Assembly: GCA_951406725.2 (NCBI GenBank)
Contig: OX597814.1
Coordinates: forward strand, 57,164,001 to 57,228,000
DNA: 64,000 nt
Reading direction: 5' to 3'
Source of the DNA: Octopus vulgaris
Lineage: Eukaryota
Part shown: piece by piece, positions 1 to 12,293 of the stretch
Numbering within the stretch: position 1 is the stretch's first letter
How the letters are laid out: every line of letters starts with the position of its first letter
The notes under the pieces: generated by a model
Seen by the model: the letters and a program-made list of their open reading frames with translations, nothing else
Databases searched by the model: none
What the model was told of the DNA's origin: nothing
Position numbers and translations under genes: made by a program

Positions 1-870
1 GATAGAAGAAAATATTGTTCGAAAAAAAATAATCCACTACCCAAGAAAAACAATCACTTAGATGACATACAGCATGGTTTTCGGGCAGGAAGAATTTGCC
101 TGACATAACTCTTACAACTGTCCTTAATAATATCTCACAAGAGAATGGAAATTAACTGCGTATATCTAGAGTTTACTAAATCTATTGACAAGAGGGATTA
201 CAGAATCATACCGAAAATAATAGTTTCCTTTTTTTACTTTTACAGGCTACAAATCAATCTGTTACTACCAATATTCTTTACTGTCAAGCAATTTGTAATA
301 AGCGGTGTATTTCAAGGCATGCTATTAGGTCTACAACTACGCTCTCTTAATCTAATAATGAGTTATGCCGATGATACAAAAATATTGATTGCGGTTGTAA
401 CTGTAGAAGATACAGACACATTTCAGAAGGAGCTAGACTGATCTGTCGACGGGCAGGTGAAAGGAATAGGAAATTTAACCACTGAAATTTCAATTTTTTA
501 AACACAGAAAGGATAGGATCAGTACGAATTATTTAATTCCACACAGTAAAGCAATTCAATATTCCGAGACAATACGGGATTTAGGAATAATTATATCAAA
601 TGATGCATCTTCCCTAAGAGATATCGCTAAGCTGACCTCTGAATGCAAATGTCTTACAGGATGGGCTCTACGAAACTACGTCATAACAGAACTAGTTATG
701 TTAATTTTATGGAAAACCCTACTTTTGAGCAGATTAAATTACTGTCCACTGGCTTTGTTTTCAAGCAAGCCTAGTAAAATATAATCTTATATAAGAAGAT
801 GGAGGGTTACAGAGAACGTTTAGAAGTAAAATAACTTCAGATAAAAACTCAATTATTGTGAACATTTCAA
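1..870 (+). mobile_element. Degenerate CR1/L2-like LINE RT fragment
   Basis: QHGFRAGR-CL motif near 71, D-TK-D region, YADDTK in ORF 145..441; many stops and frameshifts. Confidence 0.75.
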
Positions 871-935
871 ATCTTGCCCAAGGTGTCATGCAGAGGGACT
901 GAACCCAGAATCATGTGGTCGGGAAGCAGGCTTCT
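870..935 (-). mobile_element. 5'-truncated tRNA-derived SINE fragment
   Basis: Matches the SINE at 8785-8947 (cttgcccaaggtg...actgaacccagaa.catgtggt); B-box-like ggttcagtcc on - strand. Confidence 0.7.
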
Positions 936-2380
936 TTATTTAATGAAACTGGCCATGAAGGCCTTACATAGAGGGGACAGCAGAAGGTGGGGACAAAAAA
1001 ACAAAACGAATAAAAATAATGAATTTATATAATGAATGATGAAAATGAAGCTGAGCAACTTCATTGAACCTGTTAATACAACCCAACCTTTTTTATAAAA
1101 CTAGTTTATAATGCTTTTTTTGCGACCATCGTTCCGAAGAGTGTTTATATTTTTTAAAATTATCCTGAAAACTTACTTTTTTCGGCATTGAGCTGGTGTC
1201 CAGTTTCTTGACCCACAACTGATAGTCGTGATTTTCCTCATAGTCCTTCAATTCCGACATATATTCTGGGTCTGCCACTACACAATAAATGTTGTAGGAC
1301 ACCCCTCCACCCCTGATACATCCACTTTTATAGCATTGTCCCACAAGTCTATATTCTCCACTACACAATATAGCATGTTATTCAAGGGCGAAGGTGGGGG
1401 AATTTGGGGCTCCTGTGTGCTCATGTTTGTCTTCATGTCAGGTGGGCATGGAGAGAGTTGGTATCTGTAAGGAGTGGTTGGGGTAGAGTGGGTGTGAGGT
1501 GTGGGAGTCATCCTTTACTACATGTGTCCTCCTTCTCCTTTTTCTTTTCTTCTTCTCCGCTATCTCCCAGCTGTCGTTTGACTCCTCTTATTCGATGCTA
1601 GCGGTTGTCTTTATCTGTAGTGCCATATCGTTTTCTCCATGGGCTGTAGAGCACCTACCACCACTTTCTCGCTCTCCTTAGCTTTTTCGTGTGGTGGAGT
1701 GCACTCCACTCTAATGTGGCACTTCAGGCGACAATTATAACACTGCGGAATCCTTCTCTCCACTCTAACTTTCAAGGTAGTTTCTCCGACTGAGATGTTT
1801 TCTATCCTCTTTTCCAAATCCTCCTCCGCGACCTGTACCACTATTTCAAGGGTTTATCCTTTCCAATTCCTATGGGGCGATCCGGTGCCCTGTAGGCCCA
1901 CCACCTTCTCCTCCATGCCCAGCAGTATGGCAGCCATCAGGCAGGCCACATTCACATCTGGTGGTATGTCTTCCCTGAAAGTACATCTCCCAAGGTACAC
2001 AGACAGAAGTGCACTTCACCTGTCTTCAGTGGTGTGGCTGAGTGCATTCTGGCAGTTGCTATTTCTCTAAACTGAACCTCCACCGTTCCATATTTCCGTC
2101 CCTTGGAAAGGTATGATATTTTCTGCCATACTGGCCTTAGTACCTTTTCCACCTGTGCCTCCGACACCACTTCAGTTTGCCTTGTTTCCATTGCGTAGGT
2201 TCTGTAGACAATTGTCCTTTCTTCCTTATCCTTTAATACTTCTTTGGCGGAGGGAACACCTTCACATCGTTCCGCTCTTTTTCAAGCATTTCCTTAAATT
2301 TGCTCAACTCCTCCAGATTAATTTCCTCGATTTTTCCTTTAGCCACCGCTGGAATTAATTTAGTTTCCACAAGATGGTTA
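936..2380 (-). mobile_element. L1/Tx1-like ORF1 (gag-like, zinc knuckle) fragment ending in AATAAAG
   Basis: CYNCRLKCHIRVEC knuckle in ORF 1611..1841; EKVLRPVWQKISYLSKG resembles EKCMAPIWNKVHYVSRG at 33994..34440; frameshifted. Confidence 0.7.
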
Positions 2381-2384
2381 CCTG

Positions 2385-5319
2385 TATACTGACGGTAGAT
2401 AAGTTGCATAGTCAGGGATCTGGCTACTGGAAACTCAATACGTCCCTTTTGGCGATTGAGGAGTACAGAAAGTGAATCAAAATGTTAATACAGAGGGCAT
2501 TAACAGGTACCATCATTAATAACAAATGGTGGTACGCCCTAAAAAGAGCCATCAAATATGAGTCTATTAGGTTTAGCATAAGTTTAGCTAAGAGGGGACG
2601 TAGAATAGGAGATGGTGTAGTTAAGGAACTAGAAGAAGCCTGGAGGACTGGTAATGCAGACCAAGCGAGGGTGAAAAGACTGGAGTTAAACCAGCATCTT
2701 GAAGCTCAACACATGAGAAGTATTGCCAGAGTTAAGTTACGTGTGATGGAAAGTGAAGAAATCAAGGCCGCTGGATGAGCCCGAGTGGTGGAAGCTTGGC
2801 AAGGAAATAGTTCCACTATTAAGTCTTTGACGAATAAAAATGGTGTCTTGGTAAACGAACCCGAGAAAATGTGTGAGGCCTTTAGGGTGTATTTCGCCCA
2901 GCTGTTCAGGGGTGACAGCGGTCCTGGTGGTGGGAGAGCCCTTGAGGACTTTCTTGCCGGGCTGCCGTGTCTCTCGGGGTCGGATGCGGAGTCTTGCGAA
3001 GAGCCAGTCAGGCCTGTAGAGGTGATGGCGGCTTTGGCCGACTGTAAAGCGGCTAAGTCGCTGGGACTTGATGGTCTTCCGTACGAGTTGTATAAATGTA
3101 TGCCAGACTTGTTCGGGCAACTACTGGCTGACGTGTACGTGAACTAGCAGCAGAATGGGTTTATCCCCGGATTTCTGCGCCGGGGAGTAGTGACGTTTGT
3201 CAGAAAGGACCCGGACAAGGGGGACGTTATAGAAAATTTTTGGCCCATCACTCTGTTAAACACAGAAGTGAAGATTTTGACCAAGGTCTTTGCAAAAAGG
3301 TTGGCGCGTGTCGCGAATGGTATAGTCGGGTAGGCACAGACATGTGCCATCCCAGGCAGAACCATTCAGGATACCCTCCATCTTCTTCGCTATACCATAG
3401 AGAGGGTTGGTAATAAATCTGGCAAAGGCGGGGCATTGGTACATTTAGACCAGTTTAAAGCTTTTAATAGGGTTGACCATCGATACCTGGTGACTGTACT
3501 TGCGCGGTTCGGCCTGGGCCTTGGCTTCCTCAGGTGGTTTATCGCTTTGTACCACAACATTGACTCGATAGTTCGGGTGAACGGTTTCCTTTTGAAGCCG
3601 TTCTGCATCAGACGCTCGGTTCGTCAAGGATGTCCGCTCTCACCACTTTTGTATGTGATGGCTCCCGAGCCCCTACTGCGAAGGTTGAGTGGCATCCCGA
3701 GAGAACCAGGTCTAGAGGAGTTTGATACGGCTTACGCGGATGATATCACTATCAGCGTAACCTCGGTAGCACGCCTACGTGAAGTGGGTAAGACTATGGA
3801 GGCTTACGAGAGGTGGCAGTAGCAAAGATTAACCGGGAAAAGTCGGTCGGCTTGCAGCTCGGCACCTGGGTTGGCAAGTCGATGCCTTCAGACAGTGTTG
3901 TTGGGCGCTGGACGGAGGGACCGATTAAATTGCTGGGAGTTTGGTTTGGACCAGGCCTCTAGATAGAGAGGAACTGGACAGAGGTATTGAGCAGGTTGGC
4001 TGCAGTAGTCAAGATCTGGTCTTGGCGGTGGCTATCCCTGGAAGGGAGGGCAGAGGTGGCCAATGTGTTTATCGCATCGGTCATGACCTACCGTCTGACC
4101 GTCGTGCCTTGTCCGGATTCGTGGTTGATCAGGTTGGAGAGACAGCTCTTTCGCTTTTTGTGGAAGGGCAGGTCGCCACTTGTAAAACGCTCTGTCTGCT
4201 GTCAAAAGCCTTTAAAGGGAGGTTTAGGGATGCCTTGGTTAATGATGCGCAGACATGCGTTGAGGTTGAAGCACCTCTGAATTCTCCTGGATAGTGAACG
4301 GGTGTGGTCTCCGCTGGCCAGACAAATGTTCCCCGAGTTCAAAAGTTTTTGCGAACAGGAAGCTTGATGTTCTATAGACCGAGGTCGAGTGAGTGGCATA
4401 AAGAGTGCCGTAAGGCCCTCTTGCTATTCCGGCGCTCAGGCAACGCTAGCGGTGGGGGTTCCACACGGATTTTATATAGTGGATTGGTAGAGTCTGAATG
4501 CGACGATGGCCTGGGGGCGACTCTATGTCTCGGGTTTATTCAACTGGACAGCCTGTTTCACTGTACATTCGGGTTGAGAACGTTGGACAACTTCCAAAAG
4601 TCCTTAACCTGGCAATGCTACAGAGGTGCCTTGCCCATTTGGGATAAGCTCGTAAGACACGGTAAGCTTCAGTCGCCGATCTGTCCAAGATGCGGGGAGG
4701 ACAGGGAAACCGTCCCACACACAATTGTTCATTGTCCGGAGATAACTGAAATGTGGGCTTATGCTGAACACCTGTTGTCCGGCGAAGGAAGAGTACAGCT
4801 GTCGACTGAGTCAATTATAAAAATTGACCCACCGGGAGTTTTAACGACGAAGGTAAGAATTGTTTTCTCACGGTTGTAGCAATAGCGAAAGAGGCAGTAT
4901 GGAAGACTAGGATAAAAGGAATTAAGATAGGCAGCTTTATCTCTGGCCACAATTTTCGATCATTTTTTTCTTTTCATTTGAAAAGGAAGCTGTGGCTGGA
5001 GAAGAGATGTCTGTCGGAGTGTACATTCCAAAAGAGATGGAAGCATGTTGCACGAGTGTTGTGCGTGCAAGGAACCGTGTGAATAGACGGGAAAAAAAAG
5101 GAAAAAAATAGGTGCCAGCGGTAGATCAGGGCTTGTGGGGTCGGAGCGTGGCCTGATCATCGCTTCATTTGTATTGTCTTTGTATTGTTAATTCCATTCG
5201 TTTTTTTATATTGTATTCAGATTTTTTAAGTCACATTATACGTAAAATCATATCGCTTTACTGATCCCATCAGTTGTTCTGTCCATTTCTATGTTTGGCC
5301 CCCGGTGGGCAATAAAGAA
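2385..5319 (+). mobile_element. L1/Tx1-clade LINE ORF2 (end of APE, RT, C-terminal zinc finger) with 3' UTR, disrupted
   Basis: SGYWKLNTSLL, KSLGLDGLPYE, PITLLNTEVKI, D-FKAFNRVDH, SVRQGCPLSPLLY, YADD, GGLGMP, CPRC-ET-H-HC; ends ggcaataaagaa. Confidence 0.9.
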
Positions 5320-5322
5320 CTT

Positions 5323-5507
5323 GGTATTTCGTCTGCTGTTATGTTCTGAGTTTAAATTCCGCTGAGGTCAACTTTGCCTTTCATCCTTTCGGGGTCGATT
5401 AAATAAGTACCAGTTAATCACTGGGGTTCGTTGTAATTGACTTAATATCCTTTTCTGTCCTTGTTTGTCCCCTCTATGTTTAGTCCCCCTGTGGGCAATA
5501 AAGAAAT
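5323..5507 (+). mobile_element. 5'-truncated tRNA-derived SINE (Meta/MESC-like core) with AATAAAG tail
   Basis: gcctttcatcctttcggggtcgat core shared with copies at 10709, 11431 and 11711; core name recalled, not searched. Confidence 0.75.
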
Positions 5508-6358
5508 ATTTGCGTGTGAAGTATTTATGTTGACAATTAAAAAGAATAAAAAAGAAGCAAATGTGTTGCTATAAATGAACGTCATAACGTTCATTTATAG
5601 GGTTATAACGTTCGTTTATAATCTTATAACGTCCGTTTATAACAATCGTTTATGTAACAAAGAGAAATATTTTCATTCTCCCCATGTCTTTTGTTGAAAT
5701 TATTCAGCCACTCTTCTCGTGCTAGTTAATCTAAATCAATTTAGTAGTGATCGGGTAAATCACAACCGCAAAATAATTCAGGGGAAATAACTCCCCACAG
5801 TATAAATCACATTTATCGTTCATTACTTAATCAAATGTAGGTCAATTAATAAATGTTCACAAATGTATGTCACAACTTGGTCTACCAGCCGTTACTAAAA
5901 AATCAATAGAGTGCTGAAAATTAAATTATAGTTCTATTCTGTTCGTTATTAATGTTGGTATTTAAAACTGAATATCAGCTTTTGTGTTTTTGATAATTTT
6001 TTTTGTTTCTTTTTATAACCAGAATTGGATTTCATTGAATACTTTAAATGCTCATATGATTAAGAAGTTCGATTCACAACCACGTTGACGTAGGTTCAAT
6101 CTCGCTGTGTTCCATTATAGAGAAGTATATCTCACTATAGTCTAGTGTTAACCCAAGCCATTTGAGTGAAACCGAACGGGACGAAAACAGTTTTATTGGT
6201 TGAAGAAACGCTATTTTTAAGTTGCATGAAATAAAATTCTTATACTCAAATTATATAAGGGAACCTCTATACAATGTTTCGACCTGGTCAAAATAGCAGC
6301 CAGATCTCCCTCAAACTTCACGCTACCAACTTAAATAAGGAAAAGATATATTAGATTA

Positions 6359-7534
6359 CGAGGGGCGTTCAATAAGTAATGCCCCTGACCCACTTCCCAT
6401 AGCAGTAGAGCAACGACACTTGGCACAGCTATTAGTCTTTTCCTACATAGGAACTACCCAGAGTTATGCATTTCTCCCATCGTTTGATACAGCTCTGGAG
6501 ACCGTTTTTGTAGAAGACCCCAGCTTGGTCCTCCAACCACGACGTGACTTCAGAAATCAAGGCTGCATCATCTGGGAAACGCTTTCCTTTCAAAATCAAG
6601 CTGGGAAGAGGTGAAAATCAGAGGGTGCAAGGGGAGGAGTTCATAGCTGCACGCCTGTGCTTCTGATCTGGCGACACGCGAGTTGTGGACCGGAGCGTTG
6701 TCCTGCAGGAGGAGGATGCCTTTGCTGATCTTGCCCCGCCTCTTGATTTTGATAGCTTCTCTTAATTTCCTCAAAAGTGAAGCATAATAGGCTCCTGTAA
6801 TTGTGGTACCCTTTGCCAGGAAATCTGTCATCACTACTCCGTCCTGGTCCCAGAAGACTGTGAGCATAACCTTGTCAGCGGAGGGCTGCACCCTTGCCTT
6901 CTTTGGAGGAGGTGAGTCACGGTGCTTTCACTGCATTGACTGGGCTTTGGTCTATGGATCATAGTGATGGACCCAGGTTTTATCCTGTGTGATCAGTCTT
7001 TTGAAAACTTTTGACTCATCTTCTTGGCACATCTCCAAATTCATCCTCGAGCACTCAACGCGTTCTTGCTTCTGGAAAGGTGTGAGCAACCTGGAAATCT
7101 ATCTGGCAGACACCTTTTGCATATGCAAATGGTCATGAATGATAGTTTCCACAGACCCGGTAATCTTGACCTTATGGGCTATTTGGCGAATAGTTATGCG
7201 TTGACCTTCCAAAATGGCAGCCTCAACTTGACGGACAGACGTCTCATCAACGGCAGAAGGGGGCGACCAGATCTGGGAGCTGTTTCCACAGAGTTCCGAC
7301 TATGTTTGAATTCACAATGCCAGCGTTTTACAAGGTCATATGATGGGGCATCATCACCATAAGTTACTTTCATTTCATCAAAAGTCTCCCGTGGTGTGCG
7401 TCCTTTCAAATACAAAAACCAGATCACTGCTCGACACTTCATCTATAGAGGTATAAATAAGTGCACATGCAAAATTTCAGCTAGATCAAACAACTGCAAG
7501 TGGGTCAGGGGCATTACTTATTGAACGCCCCTCG
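6359..7534 (-). mobile_element. mariner DNA transposon, defective transposase
   Basis: TIRs cgaggggcgttcaataagtaatgcccctgacccactt at both ends, flanked by TA; HTH (RSGRP) in 7194..7442; KVMLTVFWD and LQDNAPVH in 6568..6891. Confidence 0.93.
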
Positions 7535-7957
7535 TATATTAGTTCCACATAAACATAAAACTACGAATGATCACGGCTTGGATGGCTATTAAAAGAGGTC
7601 TGCTTTATCAGAATTCATCCGGTGTTAAGTATCAACATTTTATTCCCTTGTTTCTGAAGTTTAAAATTATCGATTTGAGATATGATAAAAAAAAAAGCCT
7701 CATAATTATTACCACATTGTAGTATAAAGAATACATAGAATATCAGAATTTTCCATTTTAGACGTCTACGATGCACATATTTTCAAATAAATCTATTACA
7801 ATTATTTTGTATGCTTTTCTTGCATCCTAGTAAATTTTTCGTTATAGATCAGTGCGGGATAAGCAAGTGCAATACTTGGTTGGTTACTCATGTGGTATAC
7901 TTTTGACTATTTAATATTATTTCATAATATTGTAGGTGAAGTATTTACATGTTAATA

Positions 7958-8001
7958 CGAGGGGCGTTCAATAAGTAATGCCCCTGACCCACTTGCAGTT
8001 G
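7958..8001. mobile_element. Orphan mariner TIR
   Basis: TA plus 44 bp that is the reverse complement of 7491-7534. Confidence 0.85.
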
Positions 8002-8072
8002 TATTAGCGTTAAACTAATACACGTATTTGTTGTTTACACACCTGTCTTCGTTTTTTGCTTTTTGTAAAATT

Positions 8073-8118
<46 letters not shown>

Positions 8119-8702
8119 GTTAATTAATTTGTGTTGAAAGACTCCTGATGTGAAATCGTGTGTTGAAACAGATATCGTTGTATTTCGGGATGGGGGTTTT
8201 CTTTTCTTGCCAAAGAAGCACACGCACTATATATTTCTTCTTCACTGGTATATTACTGCTCTTATTTTAACACATATCCATTTTCCGGAAATCTTTTGTC
8301 ATACATCAGTGACACATTTTTCTATGACAAACTTTTCGTTTTCGTGTATGCTTTTGCTACACTTACTCCATTCTGCTCTTCTATGACGTGTATCCATACG
8401 TGCGCATGTGTTTGCGTCCCTGTTTATGTGTGTGCATGTGTGTGTATGTGTGTGTGTGTGTATGCCATTGTTATTAGCAGCAGTATAGCCATCCCCTCAG
8501 CCCCATCCTCTCACCCCGTTATGCTGTTGCTGTCCCGGAACCCGAAAACTTGGTACAGTTCCTGTATCTGTCTGTATTTGTGTGATCGTCCACGATGTTA
8601 CCATCGTGGTAGTTGTTATTATTGCCATCGTTGTTACCGCTGCTGCTGTCGTTATTAGTCGTGTTCTTGATATTGTTGTGGCCGTCTGTGAAGTTATATA
8701 TA

Positions 8703-8784
<82 letters not shown>

Positions 8785-8785
<1 letters not shown>

Positions 8786-8947
8786 GACGGGCTATTTTCA
8801 GTTTCCGTCTACCAAATCCACTCACAAGGCCTTGGTCGGCCCGAGCCTATGGTAGAAGACACTTGCCAAGGTGCCACGCAGTGGAACTGAATCCAGAACC
8901 ATGTGGTTAGCAAGCAAGCTTCTCTCCACACAGCCACACTTGCGCCT
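8785..8947 (-). mobile_element. tRNA-derived SINE with (CA)n tail
   Basis: Minus strand reads aggcgcaagtgtggctgtgtgg (A box) ... ggattcagttcc (B box); abuts (TG)n 8707-8784. Confidence 0.75.
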
Positions 8948-9423
8948 TAGTTTACTTACTGAAAATATTTAGAACAAATCTGAAAGGATTTTAATAAGAA
9001 CGGTCCACAATGCAAACACGTTTGATGTGCTTGGGGATTTAATAAATCATAGTAGCCCAGATTAATAGAGAGCCTAAGTCTCACATCATTCCGTTTATTA
9101 TGACGATCGTTAAGTAATTACTAAGACAGCAAACACCAGTCTCCAGCGCCTCTGTGACAGTTGTAATATCCTCCTTGTTGCCTTATAGAAACCTTTAAAT
9201 GTTTAATAATCTTTATATAGCTATAGTGTATAAACGTTAGATTTTGCTTCAACGTATATTAAACCATGCTAAAAACTCGTTTAATCCCCATGAGAAAAAT
9301 TTCCATCTTTGAGAGGAAACTAAATCATCTAACACACACATGTATATAAGCAATTTATGTTTCAAACTAAATGTAAATAGCTCACGAAAAACCAATTAAA
9401 CAGCAGTAATTGTTTACATTGCT

Positions 9424-9429
9424 TTTATT
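9424..9429 (-). promoter_or_regulatory. Candidate polyadenylation signal of EF-hand gene
   Basis: AATAAA on - strand ~200 nt after the stop codon. Confidence 0.5.
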
Positions 9430-9444
9430 TTATCTCTCAAAATA

Positions 9445-9652
9445 AGTAGCCTTCACAATTTCATAGCAGCCTTCACAATTCATAGCATCCATCACAATTT
9501 CATAGCAGCCTTCACAATTCATAGCATCCTTCACAATTCATAGCAGCCTTCACAATTCATAGCATCCTTCACAATTTCATAGCAGCCTTCACAATTCATA
9601 GCATCCTTCACAATTCATAGCAGCCTTCACAATTTCATAGCAGCCTTCACAA
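9445..9652. repeat. 19-20 bp minisatellite, ~10 copies, overlapping the EF-hand stop codon
   Basis: tagcagccttcacaat(t)tca repeated in tandem. Confidence 0.95.
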
Positions 9653-9828
9653 ATTCTTTGTAATCAATTTGATCATCTTTGCTGACAGATGTTATGATTT
9701 TTTGAATATTTTCACTACTGTAATCCATACACATCCTTTTCATTGCCGCGGTTAGTTCTTCTTTGCTGAGATAACCAGAATTGTCAATGTCAAACGTCTT
9801 TAAAGCTGACTCAATATCATCCGGATTT
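9627..9828 (-). CDS. Calmodulin-like EF-hand protein, last exon (EF3-EF4)
   Basis: Acceptor tctcttctatttttttattaag|A; NPDDIESALKTFDIDNSGYLSKEEL...SKDDQIDYKEFVKAAMKL*; phase matches exon 12793-12878. Confidence 0.88.
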
Positions 9829-10075
9829 CTTAATAAAAAAATAGAAGAGAGAAGAAGCATCATTAGTAACAATATAAAATTATACAATTTGTAGAAAAGC
9901 AACAAAATAATAATTCGTTCAAAGAAAGCACTTTTTTTTAAATTTATAAGGTGAAATTTAGTTGATATAAGAAAGTCGTTTGAATACTGTCATCCACACT
10001 TAATCGAGTTCATGGGGAAGACTCTCAATACTTATTTGTTGATTTTTACTAATCCTTACGTAGGAAAGGCTTGTA

Positions 10076-10706
10076 CAGGGTGAGGCAGAGAGACTGACGT
10101 TTTTGAAAAGTTCACAAAATCATTAATTTAAGGTGCAAACAAATTCTATTGACATCAATGTGTTTATATTGAATTAGCATTCGTCAAAATTAAGTATGAA
10201 AAACAACATCTATCATGTGTAGTCCGTTTTCATTGATACATTTCTGAAATCGTTCTTGGATGTTGGCCTCCACTCTCTCCCAGATTGCTCTGTCGATTTG
10301 GACGACTTGCACGCGAAGAGCTTCCTTCAAATCGTCCAATGTACGGGGCTTATGCGCATACACAAGTGCCTTGAGGTTTCCCCACAAAAAATAATCACTT
10401 GTGGACAAATCAAGGGACCGAGGAGCCAAGGAATGTCAGCAAACATGGAAATGAGGTGGTCACCAAAGAGAGGGCGAATAACGTCCATTGATGCTCTGGC
10501 TGTGTGGACCGTCTCCCCATCCTGTTGAAACCACACACGTTGAATAGGCATACGTTTTCGTCGTAATTCGGGCCCTTTTGGTTTGTGCAGTGGTCTTTTT
10601 TGCAGTTCTCTCGGATTATCAAGAGCTCAATAACGACAGTTTTGTTGATTCGCCATGCCATTGGGATGAAAATGAGCTTCATCATTCATTAAATAAAATG
10701 AGTCCG
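10076..10706 (-). mobile_element. Tc1/mariner-superfamily (maT/DD37D-like) transposon 3' fragment
   Basis: TA+cagggtg terminus; WFQQDG-HTA, PRSLDLSTSDYFLWGNLKALVY. Confidence 0.85.
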
Positions 10707-10708
10707 TC

Positions 10709-10880
10709 ATTTACCCCCAAAATAGCTTCCCTCTGACGTGCAAAGTTTAGCTGCTGTGCATAGTCCCACTCGAAAGACAAGGTCGATTTGGGCGGAATTT
10801 GAACACAGAACGTAAAGACGGGGGAAATACCGGTAAGTATTTTTCCCCGACGTGCTAACGGTTCTGCCAGCTCGCTGCCT
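10709..10880 (-). mobile_element. tRNA-derived SINE
   Basis: Reverse complement aggcagcgagctggcagaaccgttagcacgtcggg...gttcaaattccgcc; same head as 11431. Confidence 0.75.
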
Positions 10881-11079
10881 TGAAATTTCCTCTAATAATA
10901 AAGTGATATACAATACATAAAGCGGATATAATTGTGTCTTATTCAGAAGGCACTCTTGGTTACGCAACATTTCTTGATCAGCGGTCTAGTACTCAGACGA
11001 AAAGGTGTTTAAGTTCATTATGTATGCATGCAACATAAAATTCACCATGTTTTTTTGGGGGGGGGCCTTGTGAACAATA

Positions 11080-11365
11080 TAGAGTCTAGCGGTGAGAGTG
11101 GCACTCACGAACGCTAGGTCATGGTTTCGATTCCCGGAAAGAGCGGTGCGTTGGGTTCTTGAGCAAAACATTTCCTTTCACGTTGCTCTGCGATCATTTC
11201 GACATCTGACGTGTGACACACTTTTGCACCGGCACTGGCGATATCGATTTGATGGAGGAAGTGAGCTTATGTACAGCACATACATGTGATCACTATAAAC
11301 AAATCATTTGTGCAGCTCGTTCAGCAAAAACTGAACACACGTCGCCTTCCACGGGAAAGACCTTC
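11080..11365 (+). mobile_element. tRNA-derived SINE (second family)
   Basis: tctagcggtgagagtg...ggtttcgattccc A/B boxes, cttgagcaaaaca core, (ATT)n tail. Confidence 0.65.
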
Positions 11366-11430
11366 ATTATTATTATAATTATTATCATTATTGTTGCATA
11401 TAATAGAAAGGATTATTATTATTATTATTG

Positions 11431-12115
11431 AAGGCGGCGAGCTGGCAGAAATGTTAGCGCGTCGGGCGAAATGCTTAGCGGTACTTCGTCTGCCGTTACG
11501 TTCTGAGTTCAAATTCTGCCGTGGTCTACTTTGCCTTTCATCCTTTCGGGGTCGATAAATAAAGTGCCAGTTACGCACTGGGGTCGATCTAATCGACTTA
11601 TTTCCTTTGTCTGTCTTTGTTTGTCCCCTCTATGTTTAGCGCCTTGTGGGCAATAAAGAAATAAATTACATCTGGTGAAGTACAGATCGAGAAAGATTTT
11701 TTTAAAAAGAAGGTAGTGAGCTGGCAGAATTATTAGCACGCCGGGCGAAATGCTTAGCAGTATTTCGTCTGCCACTACGTTCTGAGTTCAAATTCCGCTG
11801 AGGTCGGCTTTGCCTTTCATCCCTTCGGGGTGGATTCAATAATTACTAGTTACGCACTGGGGTCGATATAACCGACTTAATCTGTTTGTCTGTCCTTGTT
11901 TGTCCTCTCTGTGTTTAGCCCCTTGTGTGTAGTAAAGAAATAGGTATTTTGTCTGCCGCTACGTTCTGAGTTCAAATTCCGCAACGGTCGACTTTGCCTT
12001 TCATCCTTTTGAGGTCGATGAAATAAGTTCCAGTTACACATTTGTGCTGATGTAATCAACTCGCCCCTTCTCCAAAAAATTTTCGAGGCCTTGTGCCTAG
12101 AGTAGAAACAATTAT
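11431..12115 (+). mobile_element. Cluster of tRNA-derived SINEs (11431-11662, 11711-11941, partial 11942-12115)
   Basis: Repeated ggcgagctggcagaa head, gttctgagttcaaattccg B box, gcctttcatcc core. Confidence 0.85.
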
Positions 12116-12293
12116 TGAAAATGACCGAGCAAACATCGAACTAAGTTACCTAGCCTTTAATATATTTACTTTCGTTCGTGAGGCTGGATAACATAAGGTT
12201 TCTGTTATATATGTTTACGATGTAATCAACTACACCAATTCATTACAAATGTTTAGCTGTATCATTATGGAAGAAGTTATGAAATAAAATGAA

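Noticed and set aside
9445-9652. Short regular repeats resembling a CRISPR array
   Set aside because: No unique spacers; eukaryotic minisatellite
9829-9905. Hydrophobic N-terminus of ORF 9627..9905 resembling a signal peptide
   Set aside because: It is intron sequence (polypyrimidine tract) upstream of the acceptor at 9829-9830
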